From a virus (Duplodnaviria > Caudoviricetes), in IMG/VR virus record IMGVR_UViG_3300006754_000028, positions 1 through 50,740 of that record: 50,740 nt of DNA; one strand, given 5' to 3'. The position numbers and the translations under genes were made by a program. This document shows, piece by piece, positions 1 through 7,349 of this stretch (positions within the stretch are counted from its first letter, which is position 1; each line of letters starts with the position of its first letter). The notes under the pieces were generated by a model that worked only from the letters and a program-made list of their open reading frames with translations, ran no database searches and was not told the origin of the DNA.

Positions 1-1
1 A

Positions 2-367
2 TTAGGAAGACATGACATACTGACCAAGCTGTACCCGCACTTCCACACCCTGAAATTTCTAAGCCTGCTTCAATTCGATCCTTGGTCTATAGATGTGTAC
101 ATCGGAGAGTGTGACCGAGAAAGCCTTGACGATGAGTACAAACTGATCGGCAGGGACTACGCTGAGAAACTGGCGTGGGCTGGGCTGATCGACATTGTCG
201 AGAGCCAGTGGGATCCCCACTTTGCCGACGGCAGTGGGCAGATTGTCTGCATAACTGACATTGGAAGAGCCTACGTTAGGATCGCCGAGGAGTATGCGGA
301 CAGAGCAGAGGAGTACGAGGCGATAGCCGACTACCATAGACAACTAACAACCAACCAAGGAGGATGA
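2..367 (+). CDS. Hypothetical early protein, 5'-truncated at the window edge
   Basis: Frame of ORF 95..367 is open from position 2 (LGRHDILTKLYPHF...). An SD+ATG at 50726-50739 at the other end is the probable start. Confidence 0.6.
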   Translation, partial: LGRHDILTKLYPHFHTLKFLSLLQFDPWSIDVYIGECDRESLDDEYKLIGRDYAEKLAWAGLIDIVESQWDPHFADGSGQIVCITDIGRAYVRIAEEYADRAEEYEAIADYHRQLTTNQGG

Positions 368-690
368 CAATGATAACAACAACAACAACCATAGAGGTCA
401 CAAGAGAGGACTGCGCCAAGGCGATAGCCGAGACCGTCGCAGGAGACTGGAACGGCGCGACACAGGAATACGTTGACGAGTGCGGAGGCATTGACAAGAT
501 GCTTTCGCTGGTCAACATACCCCGACTGTTCCAGCAATACCTGGATACTGCTGAGGAGTACAATGAGGAGGTGACAACCATTGACTACCTGTCTCATCTC
601 ATTGTCCACGATCTTGATCTGGATGGCATAGCCGAACCAGGGGACTTCGACAAACACCAGGCTGAGTACCTGGTCAGGAGGATAACCTGA
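364..690 (+). CDS. Hypothetical acidic early protein
   Basis: ORF preceded by CAA-rich leader and AGGAGG; the true start may be ATG 370; stop overlaps the next start (TGATG). Confidence 0.7.
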   Translation: MTMITTTTTIEVTREDCAKAIAETVAGDWNGATQEYVDECGGIDKMLSLVNIPRLFQQYLDTAEEYNEEVTTIDYLSHLIVHDLDLDGIAEPGDFDKHQAEYLVRRIT

Positions 691-1370
691 TGAGACTACG
701 ACCATTCTTCAGCTACTACGGTAGCAAGTGGCGGCTCTCTCCTCGGTACGACGAACCCCTCTACAACACCATCATAGAGCCTTTCGCAGGCAGTGCATGC
801 TATGCGCTGCAGTGGCATTGGAAGGACGTGTGGCTGGTGGACAAGAGTGAGCACGTCTGTTCCGTCTGGGACTACCTGATAAGGGTGTCCGAGAAGGAGA
901 TCAGGAAGCTGCCCCTCCTCAAGCCTGGGGAGGCAGTGCCTACCTCACTTCCAGAGGAAGCCCGTACCCTGATAGGGTTCTGGGTGACCAAGGGAGGGAC
1001 ACAGCCTAGACGGTCAATGACCAACGGCCCCAACCGTGGTCACTGGTCGGCGACAATCAGGGAGCGCATCGCCTCCCAACTGCATTACATACGGCACTGG
1101 CAGATCAAGGAGGGATGCTACAGTGATCTGAGTGACCAGGTAGCTACCTGGTTCATTGATCCACCCTACCAGGTGGGCGGCAGCCACTACACCGAACGGG
1201 ACATAGACTTCGAGCATCTTGCAGGGTTCTGCAAGGAGAGGCGGGGTCAGGTGATCGTCTGCGAGAACGGGGATGCCGACTGGCTTCCCTTCAAACCTTT
1301 CGCATCAACCAAGGGGCTGAGAAAGAACAGCTCCGAAGTGGTGTGGACACAACACAACAAACGGAGGTGA
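690..1370 (+). CDS. DNA N6-adenine methyltransferase, Dam/D12-like (orphan)
   Basis: N-terminal FSYYGSKWRL, SAM-binding IIEPFAGSA and catalytic FIDPPY, in alpha-class order; no cognate endonuclease nearby. Confidence 0.85.
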   Translation: MRLRPFFSYYGSKWRLSPRYDEPLYNTIIEPFAGSACYALQWHWKDVWLVDKSEHVCSVWDYLIRVSEKEIRKLPLLKPGEAVPTSLPEEARTLIGFWVTKGGTQPRRSMTNGPNRGHWSATIRERIASQLHYIRHWQIKEGCYSDLSDQVATWFIDPPYQVGGSHYTERDIDFEHLAGFCKERRGQVIVCENGDADWLPFKPFASTKGLRKNSSEVVWTQHNKRR

Positions 1371-1543
1371 GCAATGAAGATATTACTGTTCCTCATAATG
1401 TTCTGGGCGGTGCGAGAGATCATACTCGCCTAGACAACTGACTTCCCTGTCAGTGGCTGGTTCCCACCAGCCTGGGGGGTTCCCCACCCCCCGCTTTTTA
1501 ACTCTATTTCAGAGTGTACTTTACAACAAACCAAGAGGATCAA

Positions 1544-1867
1544 ATGTACTACATATTGATAAGATACTACTACCACCACACGAATCATATCCATGCCCGT
1601 GATGACGGGCCCATGGTTGACGGCCCGGGCGGCCCCATTACAGCCAAACAAAAGTGGATGTGGGATGGTCAACCTGGATGGTCAAGCCAGCCAGAATATG
1701 ACAGCCCCATGCTGTTTGAAACAGTGCAGGATGCAAAGGACTACCTGGCAAAGTTCGGCATCACTCGGCAACTTTCCCCGCAGAAGTTCTGCGAGGATGG
1801 AGTGTATGTCCTGGCTCACGGCGAGTACGAACGACCGGACTACTGGATACGCAAGCGCCGCATATAA
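1544..1867 (+). CDS. Hypothetical early protein
   Basis: ATG 1544 follows hairpins, TTTTTAACTCTATTTCA, a CAA tract and GAGG. Confidence 0.7.
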   Translation: MYYILIRYYYHHTNHIHARDDGPMVDGPGGPITAKQKWMWDGQPGWSSQPEYDSPMLFETVQDAKDYLAKFGITRQLSPQKFCEDGVYVLAHGEYERPDYWIRKRRI

Positions 1868-1896
1868 ACAACAACAACAAACCAAGAGGATAACTA

Positions 1897-2205
1897 ATGA
1901 AGGATAAACTAGCGAAGCAGATTGCCATCAACCTTAAAAAGGCTTTGGCTGACTACAAAAAGAAACGAGGATTTACCACCAACAAAATGGGAAAGGTGAG
2001 CAATAATACAGATCGCTGCCCCTGTTGCAAGCAGCTTATGCCGAACCCCTACACCCAGGAATGGTTAGCGATAGAGACAGGGGTCGGCAAGATGACGATA
2101 GCCCACTACTTCCAAGGCAAGAGACCACCCTCAATCCCAAGGCTCATGAAGATTGCAACAGTCCTGGAAGTGAGCATCAATGACTTGCTGGACGGTGTGG
2201 GATGA
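1897..2205 (+). CDS. XRE-family helix-turn-helix transcriptional regulator
   Basis: TQEWLAIETGVGKMTIAHYFQGKRPPSIPRLMKIATVLEVSINDLL fits the HTH_3/XRE pattern; short CPCC-containing insert before the HTH. Confidence 0.8.
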   Translation: MKDKLAKQIAINLKKALADYKKKRGFTTNKMGKVSNNTDRCPCCKQLMPNPYTQEWLAIETGVGKMTIAHYFQGKRPPSIPRLMKIATVLEVSINDLLDGVG

Positions 2206-2241
2206 AGAACAACAACAAACCAACAAGCCAAGGAGGCTAAC

Positions 2242-2421
2242 ATGACTACGCAGACAATAAAGGCAGGGGACACCATACGGTGCAGGCCCCTGACAATACA
2301 TAGCTGGAGGATCGTCACCCGCAAGGTGATCCGTGTGGAGGATGACGGTCGGATAGTGATCCGCTTCAACGGTGGAGAGTTCCGCCTGAGAGACAGTGAG
2401 ATAATCAAAGGAGGTGAGTGA
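2242..2421 (+). CDS. Small hypothetical protein (59 aa, below ORF-track cutoff)
   Basis: AGGAGG SD; MTTQTIKAGDTIRCRPL...IIKGGE*; TGATG coupling to the next gene. Confidence 0.65.
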   Translation: MTTQTIKAGDTIRCRPLTIHSWRIVTRKVIRVEDDGRIVIRFNGGEFRLRDSEIIKGGE

Positions 2422-2726
2422 TGGATACCAAACAACTGGTGGCGAAAGCCAGGGAAATCATCGTGGGCAGGAAGGAGGTTGCGTGGCTGGTGCTGGATAT
2501 TGATTGCAGCAATCACAACGAATGTCGCCATTCGGAGACAGCTTTCGATGAGATGGTAACCTACTTCGACATTGATGAAGTCATGCAGGGTCTTGTCGCG
2601 GACAAGTGGACATTCTGCGTATCAGAGGATGATGAAGATGAGGTCGAATGGCTGTGCCCTAAGTGCAGCGATCCTGAATGGCAACCGCCCGAAGGGTTCC
2701 TGAAGTCAGAAGGAGGTGACCAATGA
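2421..2726 (+). CDS. Putative Zn-binding hypothetical protein
   Basis: GGAGG SD; DCSNHNEC...WLCPKCS motifs. Confidence 0.65.
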   Translation: MDTKQLVAKAREIIVGRKEVAWLVLDIDCSNHNECRHSETAFDEMVTYFDIDEVMQGLVADKWTFCVSEDDEDEVEWLCPKCSDPEWQPPEGFLKSEGGDQ

Positions 2727-2890
2727 CTAAAGAGGAATACAAAATCATTAAGCGGCTGTGTCGGGCTATCGACAGCCTTCATGCCCCAGGCTGGATTGGC
2801 GCATCGGCAGTCATTGAACTCGTCGATGTCCTGCCGAAAGCCAAGGACATTCTTCAGCGGCATGAAAAGTCAGAAGGAGGTGACCAATGA
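2703..2890 (+). repeat. 24-nt direct repeat AAGTCAGAAGGAGGTGACCAATGA at 2703-2726 and 2867-2890
   Basis: Identical copies; each contains an SD plus overlapping ATGA and encodes the same C-terminus KSEGGDQ*. Confidence 0.9.
2723..2890 (+). CDS. Small hypothetical protein (55 aa)
   Basis: GGAGG SD, ATGA overlaps at both ends; MTKEEYKIIKRLC...KSEGGDQ*. Confidence 0.65.
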   Translation: MTKEEYKIIKRLCRAIDSLHAPGWIGASAVIELVDVLPKAKDILQRHEKSEGGDQ

Positions 2891-3126
2891 ACGCATGGCA
2901 CAAGGCTCTGGAGAATGTTTGGCGGTGCGTGATAGCATCGGTGACGATCTATTGCACAGGTTGCGACGAGGGATGCCACGAGGAGGAGCAATCTATGGAC
3001 TGTCCGACAAAGCTGGAGGCGGTCAAGAACGCTAAGGCGAAGGGCTGGACATACGACAAGGAGGGCAACTGGCTTTGCCCCGCCTGCTCAAAGAACAACA
3101 ACAAACAACAAACCCAAGGAGAATGA
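2887..3126 (+). CDS. Putative Zn-binding hypothetical protein, likely paralogue of 2421..2726
   Basis: YCTGC...GWTY...WLCPACS. Confidence 0.7.
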   Translation: MNAWHKALENVWRCVIASVTIYCTGCDEGCHEEEQSMDCPTKLEAVKNAKAKGWTYDKEGNWLCPACSKNNNKQQTQGE

Positions 3127-3127
3127 C

Positions 3128-3343
3128 ATGGGAAACATACGAACGGCTCTGGAGTATCTCCAGAGCATACTGAAGATGACCAACAACGGCAGTGACCTGT
3201 CCGCACAGAGCGAGGGCGACCTCAAGATGGCGATACAGATCCTGGAAGAGGAACTTGAAAAGCTGAAGCATCTCAAGCCTGAAACCGTGGGTGACAAGTT
3301 CATCCGTGGATTCATGGGCTGGGGCAGGGGAGGTGAGCAATGA
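3128..3343 (+). CDS. Hypothetical protein
   Basis: AGGAG SD; tightly packed operon. Confidence 0.65.
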   Translation: MGNIRTALEYLQSILKMTNNGSDLSAQSEGDLKMAIQILEEELEKLKHLKPETVGDKFIRGFMGWGRGGEQ

Positions 3344-3684
3344 GTAAGAGTGGAAGAAGATTCCTGGAACTACATCTCCAGTCAGAGGCTGAGTGCGATC
3401 CCGAATGGAAGGCGATAGCTGAACAGCCCATCTCCGAGTACCAGTGGGCTAGCAGCAGACCTGAGTGGCACGACCGCCTGGGTCAGTGCTGCTACCTCAT
3501 AGTGAAGGCTCTCAAGGAGCAGGACAGGCTGCCTACGACGCTGGCATCACGGTTCCTGCACCTGGCTGAAGAGATGGCTGCGCACACCATATGCTACAGG
3601 GTCAAGGTAGACCTTGAACTCGCGACGAAGTTCGTCGGAACAACTGAACCAATAATCAAACAGGGCGAAGAACTGCCCTTCTAG
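3340..3684 (+). CDS. Hypothetical protein
   Basis: GGAGG SD, ATGA overlap; ends in EELPF. Confidence 0.65.
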   Translation: MSKSGRRFLELHLQSEAECDPEWKAIAEQPISEYQWASSRPEWHDRLGQCCYLIVKALKEQDRLPTTLASRFLHLAEEMAAHTICYRVKVDLELATKFVGTTEPIIKQGEELPF

Positions 3685-3693
3685 GAGAACACA

Positions 3694-4098
3694 ATGGACA
3701 TGGAAAAACTACCAGAGGACTGGCCGCACTTCATCGAAGCCATCCTCGACATAGAACTCGACATCAACATCACCGTCGGCGAGATGGATGAGCTTGCCAA
3801 CAACATCATACTGTCTGCAGCAATGAGGGGGGTGCTCATCCCCAGGCAGGAGATCATCAAGCACCTCAAGCACAAGTTTGCAGAGACCAAGATCAAGCAC
3901 GACGTGCTGGACATCCAGGCGCAGGTTGACATCATGCCCAGGGGACAGGACAAGTACCTGTCCAAGGTGCGCAGGAACGTCAGGAGTTTCCTGCGGCGAA
4001 GAGGTTCAGCCTCCACCCGCAAGTACCTGGCGGAGCTGTGCTCCACCTATCCAGAGCACAGCCACGTCTACGAGGAAGTGCTCAGGGGGCTGCCATGA
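3694..4098 (+). CDS. Hypothetical protein
   Basis: AGGAG SD; operon packing. Confidence 0.7.
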   Translation: MDMEKLPEDWPHFIEAILDIELDINITVGEMDELANNIILSAAMRGVLIPRQEIIKHLKHKFAETKIKHDVLDIQAQVDIMPRGQDKYLSKVRRNVRSFLRRRGSASTRKYLAELCSTYPEHSHVYEEVLRGLP

Positions 4099-4655
4099 GT
4101 CTGCCTGATATGATATTCACCTGCATAGCGGATCACCTCGGCATAGACAACGTGGTGTCCGCCCTGGCTGTTCGAGGCAAGAGGGACTCCGCCGAGGAGA
4201 AGATGGGCTTCGCCGTCGCCAAGTGGCGGGAGCACGAGGACTACTGGGACGTAATGGTCTGGCGCGACATCGGAGCCTATCAGCGTGACAGCAGACCAGC
4301 CTGCGACCACAGGATTGCCGTCGGCAAGGACGGTCGGCTGTACCAAAAGAAGCGCAGCGGACGTAAGAAGGCGGTGGTGATCAAGGAAGTGGTTTCATAT
4401 CGCATGTCCGTTTCCGACATAGCCTTGGTGGACAGGGCGGCGCGGCATCGATCATCCTACCTCCGTCTGGCAGGACAGAAGGCTGCCTACCTTGACCACA
4501 TACGCTCGATGCACGATGACAGCGGCATGCACACCAGACCTGTCGCTGACGGGTGGGGTCTGTTCTCCTCGGACGGATCCTGCGTAGCCAGCGGCGACGA
4601 CGAGGTGGCTCTCCTCCGAGAGCTGATACCCTACGAAGACCTAATGACAAGATAA
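4095..4655 (+). CDS. Hypothetical protein
   Basis: ATGA overlap with the upstream stop puts the start at 4095 (MSLPDMIF). Confidence 0.65.
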   Translation: MSLPDMIFTCIADHLGIDNVVSALAVRGKRDSAEEKMGFAVAKWREHEDYWDVMVWRDIGAYQRDSRPACDHRIAVGKDGRLYQKKRSGRKKAVVIKEVVSYRMSVSDIALVDRAARHRSSYLRLAGQKAAYLDHIRSMHDDSGMHTRPVADGWGLFSSDGSCVASGDDEVALLRELIPYEDLMTR

Positions 4656-4673
4656 CAACGACAAGGATAAACA

Positions 4674-5057
4674 ATGATAGATTACAACGAAATAAACAAT
4701 CAGCTAAGTAAAAGAAACGAAGAACTTAAATCTCAAATACAATCATTAAACTATAAATTAAAAGCAGCGAATGAGAAAATTGACAAACTGAAATGTGAAC
4801 AAGTCCTGTTGTATGCAGACATTCATTCAGCGGAAACCTGCATACAGTTAATAGAACTCACAATCTCACTATGGTACGAAACGGAACTTGAGGATCCCAA
4901 AAGCCAGCCATTTATTTGTCAAATCTACAATGAACTGCGATCCTTCAACAAACAGAGGGAAGTATTGCTTCGTAAAAATTATGGACTGCCATATCAATGG
5001 CCACTCAGACCCAAGATGATGTGTGAAAGAATACCATTGACTGATCAACAAGAATAA
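4674..5057 (+). CDS. Hypothetical coiled-coil protein (AT-rich gene)
   Basis: AAGGA SD; heptad-rich N-terminus; visibly lower GC than neighbours. Confidence 0.65.
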   Translation: MIDYNEINNQLSKRNEELKSQIQSLNYKLKAANEKIDKLKCEQVLLYADIHSAETCIQLIELTISLWYETELEDPKSQPFICQIYNELRSFNKQREVLLRKNYGLPYQWPLRPKMMCERIPLTDQQE

Positions 5058-5058
5058 A

Positions 5059-5232
5059 ATGTTCGTGACTATATTTATTCTCAGGCGCGACATCAAGAGA
5101 TGGAGCAAGGGGCACTCCGTATGGTTCGTCTACCAGGATCCAGGGTTCACATCCTGGGTCAAGGTGGGCGTTACCGAGGAGCGTCTGAAACACATGACCA
5201 AATGGAAAAGGAAACAACAGGGCTGGGGCTAA
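5059..5232 (+). CDS. Small hypothetical protein (57 aa)
   Basis: ATG 1 nt after the upstream stop; MFVTIFILRRDIKRW...QQGWG*; ends within the terminator. Confidence 0.45.
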   Translation: MFVTIFILRRDIKRWSKGHSVWFVYQDPGFTSWVKVGVTEERLKHMTKWKRKQQGWG

Positions 5233-5252
5233 CGCTTCAGCCCTTTTTTTTT
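5220..5252 (+). terminator. Intrinsic terminator ending the early operon
   Basis: GGGCTG...CAGCCC stem followed by a T run. Confidence 0.8.
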
Positions 5253-5267
5253 GCCTTCAGCAATTCT

Positions 5268-5297
5268 TTGACACCACCCCCTCTACCATGATAGGAT
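5268..5297 (+). promoter_or_regulatory. Sigma70-type promoter
   Basis: TTGACA (5268-5273), 18-nt spacer, extended TGa-TAGGAT (5292-5297). Confidence 0.6.
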
Positions 5298-5303
5298 TTT
5301 CTT

Positions 5304-5387
5304 ACCTAGGTTCGTCGCTCACGATCCCTGTGGTTTGTTGTAAATTAAAGCCCTGGCTGTATCCTCCGCCAGGGCTTTTCTTTTTTT
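5304..5387 (+). ncRNA. Candidate small regulatory RNA (~85 nt)
   Basis: Lies between its own promoter and an intrinsic terminator with no ORF; carries TGGTTTGTTGTAAA and a TATCCTCC loop complementary to early-gene leaders. Confidence 0.5.
5347..5387 (+). terminator. Intrinsic terminator, possibly also ending the convergent late operon
   Basis: 11-bp stem AAAGCCCTGGC/GCCAGGGCTTT, loop TGTATCCTCC, then TCTTTTTTT. Confidence 0.85.
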
Positions 5388-5392
5388 AGCTG

Positions 5393-5761
5393 TCAGTGCG
5401 TCAGGATCTCTACTGTGATCGCCGTGCCTGGGCCTGCGGTTCCCGCCGTGCCGCCAGTGGTCACCACCGCGTAGCACAACGCCGTGCCGAACACCATGCC
5501 TGGATCGAACCCGTACTCCACGCTGCTTCCAGCCTCAACAGCCAGGATTGACTCTGGAGAGTTGCTGCCGACCGTCAAGCTGGACGCTGCCAGGTTGTAC
5601 AACTTGAGGTACAGTTTGGTCGAGTTGGCTGTGTTGTCGATGCGTACCTGGTCTACGTTGATCGAGGACGATGATGCCTCGACCTCCGTAGCCGTGGCTG
5701 CGTCATCAGTCCACTTGGCATCGGATATGGATCCAGAGATGGATGTCTTATAGGTAGCCAT
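5393..5761 (-). CDS. Putative virion decoration/structural protein (beta-rich)
   Basis: S/T/A/G-rich beta-strand pattern; TGATG coupling; similar to 5761..6123. Confidence 0.6.
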   Translation of the reverse strand: MATYKTSISGSISDAKWTDDAATATEVEASSSSINVDQVRIDNTANSTKLYLKLYNLAASSLTVGSNSPESILAVEAGSSVEYGFDPGMVFGTALCYAVVTTGGTAGTAGPGTAITVEILTH

Positions 5762-6123
5762 CACTCACCTCCGAACAATGTGTAGGCAAGTCCGCCAGGG
5801 TTGTCATCGCCAGAAGCCCCAGTGCCACCTTGCCTGGCAGCGGCAGCGGAACAGGCTGTCGAGAATGTAATCCCCTGCCTGCACACCACCGTCATCGTCG
5901 TGTCCTCTGCCACCGCCACCTGGAAGTCGGGGCTGGTCGTCCCGTAGGTGGGGCTGGCTGCGTCGTAGAGCTTGAAGTAGGTCATGTTAGCCTGGTTGAC
6001 CAGGCGCAGGCTGTACACCGTCCCTGAGCCGTCCAGCAGATTGTTGTCAGGTGACTTGGTGCAGCTCGACTGCTTTACCATGTCATCGAAGTTTGGTTGT
6101 AGGGTGTTGCTGGTTACAGCCAT
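5761..6123 (-). CDS. Putative virion structural protein, paralogue of 5393..5761
   Basis: Shared pattern Y(L/F)KLY..A.S...G..SP....AV ... G..F.TA. Confidence 0.6.
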   Translation of the reverse strand: MAVTSNTLQPNFDDMVKQSSCTKSPDNNLLDGSGTVYSLRLVNQANMTYFKLYDAASPTYGTTSPDFQVAVAEDTTMTVVCRQGITFSTACSAAAARQGGTGASGDDNPGGLAYTLFGGE

Positions 6124-6131
6124 GCTGCCTC

Positions 6132-6509
6132 CTATGTGTTTTTATTGTTGTCCCTGACGATGTCCTTGAACCTCAGTTCCTGCACGGTCGTGCCCAACTG
6201 CTGGATGGACAGCATGATCTGGTCGAACTTCTTCTCCACGTCCTGGAGCTGGCGCTCAAGGCTGTCTATCTTGGTGGAGAGTTCACCGATAGCCGACTTG
6301 GATTCGTCCTTGATCACCTCCTTCTCCGACTGCAGATCAGTAATCACCTTGTCGTATCTGGCCCTCAAATCATCCTCTCTGGACTCGGACTTCTCCGACA
6401 TCGCGTCGAACCTGTTCTGCATCGAACGGGTCTGCCAGACGAGGTATCCTGCAAAGCCAGCCAGTGGGCTGCCGTTGACAAACAGATCAAACAGGGTGGT
6501 CTCGTCCAT
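6132..6509 (-). CDS. Membrane-anchored coiled-coil protein (putative holin/lysis accessory)
   Basis: N-terminal hydrophobic segment (LFDLFVNGSPLAGFAGYLVW) then coiled coil; close to the endolysin. Confidence 0.5.
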   Translation of the reverse strand: MDETTLFDLFVNGSPLAGFAGYLVWQTRSMQNRFDAMSEKSESREDDLRARYDKVITDLQSEKEVIKDESKSAIGELSTKIDSLERQLQDVEKKFDQIMLSIQQLGTTVQELRFKDIVRDNNKNT

Positions 6510-6516
6510 AATTATG

Positions 6517-6732
6517 CTACTCCAGAGCATCCGATATTCCCTCCACCAGGGCGGGGAGGATGTTCAGGCTGGCTTCCTGGGCAATAGCCCACTTCTCGTC
6601 GTTCGTGACTGACTTGCCACCGTCACTGTCAGCCTGCTTGGCTTCCTCGACTGCCCGCAGCAGTCTCAGGATCAGCGGCATGATGTGTCGGATCAGGTTA
6701 ATGGTTATCTTCAGAGCTTGTCGGTTCTTCAT
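6517..6732 (-). CDS. Small hypothetical protein in lysis module
   Basis: AAGGAG SD; between the amidase and the holin-like gene. Confidence 0.55.
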   Translation of the reverse strand: MKNRQALKITINLIRHIMPLILRLLRAVEEAKQADSDGGKSVTNDEKWAIAQEASLNILPALVEGISDALE

Positions 6733-6734
6733 GG

Positions 6735-7349
6735 CTACTCTCCTTGCTTAATGTACCATGAATGTATACCATTCGCGATAGCCTCGCCAACCAAATAAAT
6801 CTTGTCCACATCCATATACCGCTGATGAGCAGGGTTATCAATGAAGAAAGGCTCAAGACAAATCGACACGGGGCGGCGCACATCCTTGATTGTGTTGTAG
6901 GCGTTGCGCGTCCAGTCACCTGGCATAGCCTGGATGGTCTTGACTGCGGATATGCCAGGCAGATCAAACTCACCAGCTATACATCTGGCAAGGTCGGGCC
7001 CCAAAGAACTGCGGTGGTCGTAAAACATGGCTCCATAGGATCCTGCGCCGGCATTGATATGACAGCTCAGGTAAACCGACGGCGTGGATGACGGGTAGGC
7101 AGCCTCGTACCGATTGACCCTCTCATGACGGTCGGAGTACCTGCCGTCACACAGACGCATGACGGGGTATCCCATATTCCGCAGGTGCATCTCCATATGG
7201 AATGCGTAGACGCTCGTCCAATAAGCCTCCGTGTCGAAGACATCATCACCCTTGCTGGCTCCCATGTCATCTGGATTGTGCGGCTTTCCTATGTGCTGTA
7301 TGTCGATGTATATCAAGACCAAGTCCCCGCCGTCGTGATGATGTGCCAT
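6735..7349 (-). CDS. N-acetylmuramoyl-L-alanine amidase (Amidase_3) endolysin; exact start uncertain
   Basis: IYIDIQH (His), downstream Glu (TEAY), YLSCHINAG (His) and ICLEPFFIDN (catalytic Glu) match the Amidase_3 pattern. Confidence 0.85.
   Translation of the reverse strand: MAHHHDGGDLVLIYIDIQHIGKPHNPDDMGASKGDDVFDTEAYWTSVYAFHMEMHLRNMGYPVMRLCDGRYSDRHERVNRYEAAYPSSTPSVYLSCHINAGAGSYGAMFYDHRSSLGPDLARCIAGEFDLPGISAVKTIQAMPGDWTRNAYNTIKDVRRPVSICLEPFFIDNPAHQRYMDVDKIYLVGEAIANGIHSWYIKQGE

Noticed and set aside
1897-2205. Lysogeny switch (CI/Cro) implying a temperate prophage
   Set aside because: The XRE genes lie within co-directional operons, lack a peptidase domain, and no integrase, att site, parA or host flank was recognised.
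5301-5345. Minus-strand reading as another early-type leader (TTTACAACAAACC) with its own gene
   Set aside because: The following GTG frame closes after six codons and has no proper SD; the promoter and T tract favour a + strand transcript.
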